DNA from: a bacterium
Lineage (GTDB): Bacteria > Zhuqueibacterota > Zhuqueibacteria > Oceanimicrobiales > Oceanimicrobiaceae
Direction: 5' to 3'
Length of the DNA: 40,004 nt
NCBI GenBank assembly: GCA_046758365.1
Contig: JBHIAC010000012.1
Coordinates: 1 to 40,004 of the forward strand
How positions within the stretch are numbered: the first letter of the stretch is position 1; every line of letters starts with the position of its first letter. A program made the position numbers and the translations under genes. Below are positions 34,981-40,004 of the stretch, in pieces. The notes under the pieces are model-generated. The model made no database searches, had not been told where the DNA came from, and saw only the letters and a program-made list of their open reading frames with translations.

Positions 34981-36955
34981 AATTTATCTTTTTGCCGAAA
35001 ATAAAAATGATACCCACCAAAACAAGTATTCCTGCCAATAAAGACCAATAAGTATGTATGCCCCAACCATTAGGAAGGTAACCTGAAAAACTTGCAATTA
35101 TTCCTACGAGAATTGCATAAGGCAATTGGGTGCGCACATGATCTACATGGTCGGCAGCAGAGGCCATAGAAGATAAAATCGTCGTATCAGAGATTGGTGA
35201 ACAATGATCTCCTAATACGGAACCAGAAAGAACAGCGCCAATTGTTCCGATTAAAATTTCGTGGCTTATGAAATCAGACATGCCAGACTCGATGGGAAGA
35301 TTGAAAGCAATTGGAACTACAATGGGTGTTAAAATAGCCATCGTAGCCCAGGAAGTTCCTGTAGAAAAACTAATAAAAGCAGCAATAACAAAAGTGACAA
35401 ATGGAATAAAATGAGGAGACAGTATACCTTTGCTTAATTCTACAACATAATCGGCTGTGTGGAGGTGATTACAGATATCCCCTATTGCCCAGGCTAAAAT
35501 TAAGATCATAGCTGCTAATAACATTGATTTGTATCCGTTTATGGCCGCGTTGATAGATTCAATTATATTTAAAATTTTTTGGGTTAAAGCCAAAATCATT
35601 GCTACAAATAATCCCGAGAAAGAAGCCCACATAAGAACTGCAAAAGAATCAGCTTCTCCAAATATTTTTCCGAGAGGCGCTGTTTTAGCCGCTTCTCCCA
35701 AAGCTTCTCGACCATTAAAATAAAGACCTAACAGAGTGACAAGAATTACAATAAGAATGGGGATTAATGCATTATACCACCTTAAAGGGGTATCTTTATC
35801 TGCGACAATATCCAATGCAGCGCTATCTGTTAAAGGCTGAGCGTCATCTCGTAGAACTTTGCCATAAGTCTCTGCTCTAATTTCAGCCTGAAGCATAGGG
35901 CCAAAATCACGTAAGGTGATTCCAATTAAAAATACAAAAACTATAGCCAGAATACTGTAGGTTGCGTAGGGGATGGATTGAAGGAAAATATGATAGGCAT
36001 TATGAGATACGTTCAGGCTTTTAAAGGCTTGATCGATGAGTCCGATTTGAAAGCCTATCCAGGTAGAAACTAAGGCAAGCGAGGCTACAGGCGCAGCGGT
36101 AGAATCCACAATATAAGATAGCTTTTCCCGCGATATTTTTAATCGATCAGTGAAAGGCCGCATGGTGTTGCCGACTATCAGCGTATTGGCATAATCATCG
36201 AAAAAAATGAAGATTCCCATGGCCCAGGTCGCGAGTTGTCCGCCTCGTGGATGATTTGCATATTTAGATAGTTTTTGAACAATCCCTTGAGTGCCGCCAG
36301 ACTTGGAGATTACACCGATCATACCCCCAAGGGTCAAACTAAAAATAAGAACAGAAGCATGATCGGAATCAGCCAAAGAATGGATAAGATAGGTGTCTAC
36401 TGTTTTCATAAACCCGAGAAAAGGATTGTAATCAAAAATAAAAAATGCTCCCAACCAAATGCCACAAAAAAGCGATAATAGAACCTGACGGGCTGCAAAA
36501 GCCAAAGCAATAGCAAATAGGGGCGGTAGCAAACTCAAAATCCCCGGAATCACTCGAATTTGTGCTTGTGATATAATTCCTCTGGCTTCAACACTAATGG
36601 ATTCATTGCCTGTTTCTTCAATCCTGGCATCCGGGATGGATAAAATCCCTTCCTTAAATTGGTAGCTTTGGATTCTTACGGACTCACCTGTTTCTGTTTC
36701 AAAGACAAGGCCTTTCACGTTAGCCGAGCCATTAAATGACTGTACCGGCTTCCCATCCTTTTTCAGTGCTGTTATTTTTACTTTAAAAGGGACTCCTCTT
36801 AAAGCTAAAGTCGGTAATTCAATGACAATTTGTTCAATCTCGTTGCTGAGGGATAAATCTGAAGCTTGCTTTTCTTGAGATTTAGCCCTATTTGCAAAAT
36901 TTAGATGGGTAATAAGTAAAATCAGGAGTAAAACAAAATTTGGAGTTAGCCTCAT
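34967..36955 (-). CDS. NhaC-family Na+/H+ antiporter-like transporter with N-terminal periplasmic extension
   Basis: FFDDYAN, SREKLSYIVDSTAAP, FSTGTSW, GDHCSPISDTT, HVRTQLPYA. About 135-aa signal plus beta-rich domain precedes the first TM. Confidence 0.92.
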   Translation of the reverse strand: MRLTPNFVLLLILLITHLNFANRAKSQEKQASDLSLSNEIEQIVIELPTLALRGVPFKVKITALKKDGKPVQSFNGSANVKGLVFETETGESVRIQSYQFKEGILSIPDARIEETGNESISVEARGIISQAQIRVIPGILSLLPPLFAIALAFAARQVLLSLFCGIWLGAFFIFDYNPFLGFMKTVDTYLIHSLADSDHASVLIFSLTLGGMIGVISKSGGTQGIVQKLSKYANHPRGGQLATWAMGIFIFFDDYANTLIVGNTMRPFTDRLKISREKLSYIVDSTAAPVASLALVSTWIGFQIGLIDQAFKSLNVSHNAYHIFLQSIPYATYSILAIVFVFLIGITLRDFGPMLQAEIRAETYGKVLRDDAQPLTDSAALDIVADKDTPLRWYNALIPILIVILVTLLGLYFNGREALGEAAKTAPLGKIFGEADSFAVLMWASFSGLFVAMILALTQKILNIIESINAAINGYKSMLLAAMILILAWAIGDICNHLHTADYVVELSKGILSPHFIPFVTFVIAAFISFSTGTSWATMAILTPIVVPIAFNLPIESGMSDFISHEILIGTIGAVLSGSVLGDHCSPISDTTILSSMASAADHVDHVRTQLPYAILVGIIASFSGYLPNGWGIHTYWSLLAGILVLVGIIFIFGKKINSHSN

Positions 36956-37256
36956 TAAAGCTCAAAGTTAATAATTGTCAGTACCGTTTATCAACTTCAA
37001 TTATGTACAGAATCAATTGAATATTAATAATTTAGATAAATAAATATAGATGTGTCTAAAGTTGAGCATCATTATACGAAATAATGACGAAAAAGTAAAG
37101 AGTAAAGTAGCTCCCCACAACATAAAATTGGAAGTGTTTGTAGTTGATTTTCGATAAAAATTTATTATATTGCTTTGATACAATTTTTAAAAATTTTCCT
37201 CCTACTTTCTCTTTGCATAATGAATCGATTTAGTTACTAGAGTCGGGATTTTGTAA

Positions 37257-39959
37257 ATGTGGCTAAATATACTATTACAAAGATTAGCCTATATACGATT
37301 AACTTTGCAATTTTTCTGTATTAATTGGAGAACCGCGGTATTTTTATTATTCGCTTGCAGCGCTTTTGCATCAGATTGGACTGAAAAATATCTGCATCGA
37401 CCAGCAGATAATTTAGATTTGTTTCCATCATTTGGGAGTTATAAAAGCTCCACACGTCAATTAATTAATTTAAATGGAATTTGGCAAGCCCAAAAAAAGG
37501 GGGAGAAGACTTGGAAAAAAGTTTGGGTGCCTGGTGCCTATGACTTTGAAGGCGAAGTTGAATTTAAGCGGTTTTTCGAATTGGACTCCAGTATAGTAGG
37601 CCACTCATTTAAATTGGTTGTATTTGGTATTAATAATCGATGTACCATTTTTGTTAATGATGAATTTCTTGGTGGTCATATCGGCGGGCATGTTTCATTT
37701 ACTATCGCACTAGAGAGTCAAAATTTAACCTTTGGCGCTCAAAATGAAATTCGGATATTGGTGGATAATAAGCTCCTTCCAAGAAATAGTCTGCCATTAA
37801 AACACAGCCCTCGAACCACACGCAATTATGGGGGAATTTTTAGAGATATTTTCATTGTGGCTGTGCCACAAATTTTTATAGACAATTTGCAAGTGCGTGA
37901 AATGTTCACTGATGATTTGAAGCATTGTCAATTATTGATAAAAGCCTTATTGAAAAACAGATTAAAGCATAATGTAAAAAGTGAAATAGACAAAAAGGTT
38001 TTTACTTTCTTTGTGGAATTGTGGGATGCCAATGCGAGTCAAATAATGACCAAGTCGCCTATTGAGTCAATTTCATTTGACAGTTTGGTGTTACAAAAGG
38101 ATATGATATTAAATGTTGAAAATGTTGACTTGTGGAACCCAGAACATCCGCGTTTGTATGAATTGAGAGCTTATTTGACTCAAAATAAAGAGATTTTAGA
38201 TCAATTTAGTATAAAAATAGGTTTTAACAAAATCAATATTGATGGTAATCGTTTCCTGTTAAATGGTCAGCATTTTAAACTATTGGGGATCGATTGGTAT
38301 GAGGACTTTCCCAAATTAGGTCCTACCGCTGGCTGGAATACTATTAAGAATGAATTTTATCAAATGAAAGAATTGGGCGCCAATGCAATAAGAGTCGTTG
38401 GAACCCCACCGCATCCTTATCTGATGGACCTGTGTGATGAACTGGGCATCCTTGTTTTTCAGGAACCCCCGTTAAACTTAATTCCTGAAGCCCGTTTTGA
38501 AGATCAAACTTTCACTGAACTGACCATAAACTATTATCAAAAGATGTTAGAAAGAGATACTCATCATGCCTCTTTGGGAGGATGGGGATTAGGAAGTGAT
38601 TTACAATGGCAGCAAACAAATACTCAGAGATTTTTACAAAATTTAAAAGAAGTGATTCAAGAAAGCTCTTCTCGACCCACCTATACTGTTGTCCGCTATT
38701 CTCAGCAAATTTTTTGGCCCAGTGGAGCAGACTTGGTCTTTCTAGAGTTTTATAATAAAGAATCGGCTGATATATTGTCTTTTACTAACAAATGGATTAC
38801 AAAATATCCAAATCAAGGTTTCGTTTTTTCATTTGGCTATCCATTAATTAAGTGGGAAAAAAACTTACTGTTTCCAAAATTTAAAGATAACAATCGCACC
38901 TTCACCCTCTCGAAAAATTTAGTTCCTGTATCTAATGAATTTCAAGAACATCAAGCCTATAAATTACAGCAGGTCTTTTTAAACCTGGAATTATTTTCAA
39001 AGTCAGCAGGCGCATTTATTTATACCTTTGCCGACTGGACTGAAGCACAACCGAACCTAATTTTCGGACGAAATGAAAATACCTTAATAAACACATCAGG
39101 TGTCGTTGATATAAATCGTGAAAAACGGATTGCCTTTGATGTGATTAAGTCGGTATTCAAAGCGGGCCAACCACAGCAACGGACTCCTCGGATGCCTGCA
39201 ATGCAAAGTCCAATAGTTTACACGATAGGCGGTTTGGCCCTAATTTTAATTTTATTGTTTAATTTCAACAGGAGTCGTCGGCTGAGAGGCAATTTACGTC
39301 GAATCTTTTTGTATCCCCATGGATTTTACACTGAATTAAAAGAGCACCGAAAAATATCCGTCTGGCATACTTTTCTTTTGGGTATGATTACCTGTACTGT
39401 TTTGAGTATTATTATTTCAAGTTTTGCTTTCAGGTTTCGGCAGGATTTAATTTTTAATGAAATTCTTAATCTTTTTTTTAGAAACGAAGTCATCAAACTA
39501 AAATTAATTTGGCTAATTTGGAATCCCCTAGGGTTTATAATAATTGTAACCGGTTTATTTTATCTAATTTTTTGTTTGTTGATTCTTTCATTAAGAATTA
39601 CCTCGTATATTTTAGGTCAAAGTTTACCAATAGGTCAGTTTTTTACTTTGGTTTTTTGGGCAAGCGCTAATTTTTTATGGCTGCTTCCTACAACCCCTAT
39701 TTACTCCAGAATCATCAGCCGACCTAATTGGATTGTACCCGCTATTTGCCTCTTACTCTTATTTATTTTGTGGTATTTTGTTAGAATATTTCGTGGGTTA
39801 AAAGTGGTATTCTCTTTATCTTACTTTAAAACAGGGCTTTTGATTGTCATTCTTTTTATGATACTCATGGGCGGATTAGGGTGGTATTACGAGCGGAATC
39901 ATGCGTTGTTTGATTACTTCCCTTTATACTGGAATTTTATCGTGAAGTCAGTGATATAA
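37257..39959 (+). CDS. GH2-like protein (sugar-binding, Ig and TIM-barrel domains) with C-terminal multi-TM domain, probably catalytically inactive
   Basis: LNGIW, NYGGIFRD, LWNPEHPRLY, KELGANAIR, LCDELGILV. Catalytic motifs are degenerate. About 7 hydrophobic helices in the last 250 aa. Confidence 0.85.
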   Translation: MWLNILLQRLAYIRLTLQFFCINWRTAVFLLFACSAFASDWTEKYLHRPADNLDLFPSFGSYKSSTRQLINLNGIWQAQKKGEKTWKKVWVPGAYDFEGEVEFKRFFELDSSIVGHSFKLVVFGINNRCTIFVNDEFLGGHIGGHVSFTIALESQNLTFGAQNEIRILVDNKLLPRNSLPLKHSPRTTRNYGGIFRDIFIVAVPQIFIDNLQVREMFTDDLKHCQLLIKALLKNRLKHNVKSEIDKKVFTFFVELWDANASQIMTKSPIESISFDSLVLQKDMILNVENVDLWNPEHPRLYELRAYLTQNKEILDQFSIKIGFNKINIDGNRFLLNGQHFKLLGIDWYEDFPKLGPTAGWNTIKNEFYQMKELGANAIRVVGTPPHPYLMDLCDELGILVFQEPPLNLIPEARFEDQTFTELTINYYQKMLERDTHHASLGGWGLGSDLQWQQTNTQRFLQNLKEVIQESSSRPTYTVVRYSQQIFWPSGADLVFLEFYNKESADILSFTNKWITKYPNQGFVFSFGYPLIKWEKNLLFPKFKDNNRTFTLSKNLVPVSNEFQEHQAYKLQQVFLNLELFSKSAGAFIYTFADWTEAQPNLIFGRNENTLINTSGVVDINREKRIAFDVIKSVFKAGQPQQRTPRMPAMQSPIVYTIGGLALILILLFNFNRSRRLRGNLRRIFLYPHGFYTELKEHRKISVWHTFLLGMITCTVLSIIISSFAFRFRQDLIFNEILNLFFRNEVIKLKLIWLIWNPLGFIIIVTGLFYLIFCLLILSLRITSYILGQSLPIGQFFTLVFWASANFLWLLPTTPIYSRIISRPNWIVPAICLLLLFILWYFVRIFRGLKVVFSLSYFKTGLLIVILFMILMGGLGWYYERNHALFDYFPLYWNFIVKSVI

Positions 39960-40004
39960 ATATGTTAATTTATTTAATTGTAAAAACTTGTAGATAATTT
40001 ATAT

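Noticed and set aside
34817..35041. 74-aa ORF as an intact small protein
   Set aside because: It is the middle of a gamma-CA gene. The tail after IGMG is antisense NhaC sequence.
228..36478. Numerous 60-160 aa ORFs antisense to or overlapping long genes (e.g. 2333-2740, 8495-8800, 16489-16971, 31366-31701)
   Set aside because: They are shadow ORFs of well-supported genes with no recognisable motifs or ribosome-binding sites.
37144..37171. TTGATT-16-TATATT promoter candidate upstream of the GH2-like gene
   Set aside because: Plausible, but spacing is suboptimal in very AT-rich DNA, so it cannot be distinguished from chance.

Overview
AT-rich bacterial chromosomal window from a diderm organism. 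The TonB receptor, lolC/D, sigma70-type promoter and Shine-Dalgarno use suggest an FCB-related lineage such as KSB1/Calditrichota, which is an inference only. The left half (1-22.1 kb) is accessory envelope, signalling and redox content: a TPR gene tail and an OPT transporter; a minus-strand operon of TonB receptor, TPR protein, ABC-2 exporter and LytS/LytTR with a LytTR-type direct repeat upstream; a three-gene periplasmic redox module (Met-rich TsdA/SoxA-like monoheme, triheme cytochrome, type-1 Cu protein); an SSS symporter and site-2 protease; and a four-gene cluster of secreted Ig-like protein, free FecR-domain protein, outer-membrane beta-barrel and CHASE2 adenylate cyclase. The right half is mostly housekeeping: prfB with a +1 frameshift, alr, lysS, lolC/E, lolD, mcsA-mcsB-clpC, an OLD-type ATPase lacking TOPRIM, a DmpA/P1 peptidase, an NhaC-family transporter and a probably inactive membrane-anchored GH2-like protein. 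Two unannotated pseudogene remnants (PIN domain, gamma-carbonic anhydrase) and several REP/MITE-like palindromes lie between genes. No rRNA, tRNA, CRISPR array or transposase was seen. The best candidates for an under-described system are the FecR/beta-barrel/CHASE2 cyclase cluster and the His/Cys-heme plus copper redox module. All calls are by eye, without database searches.
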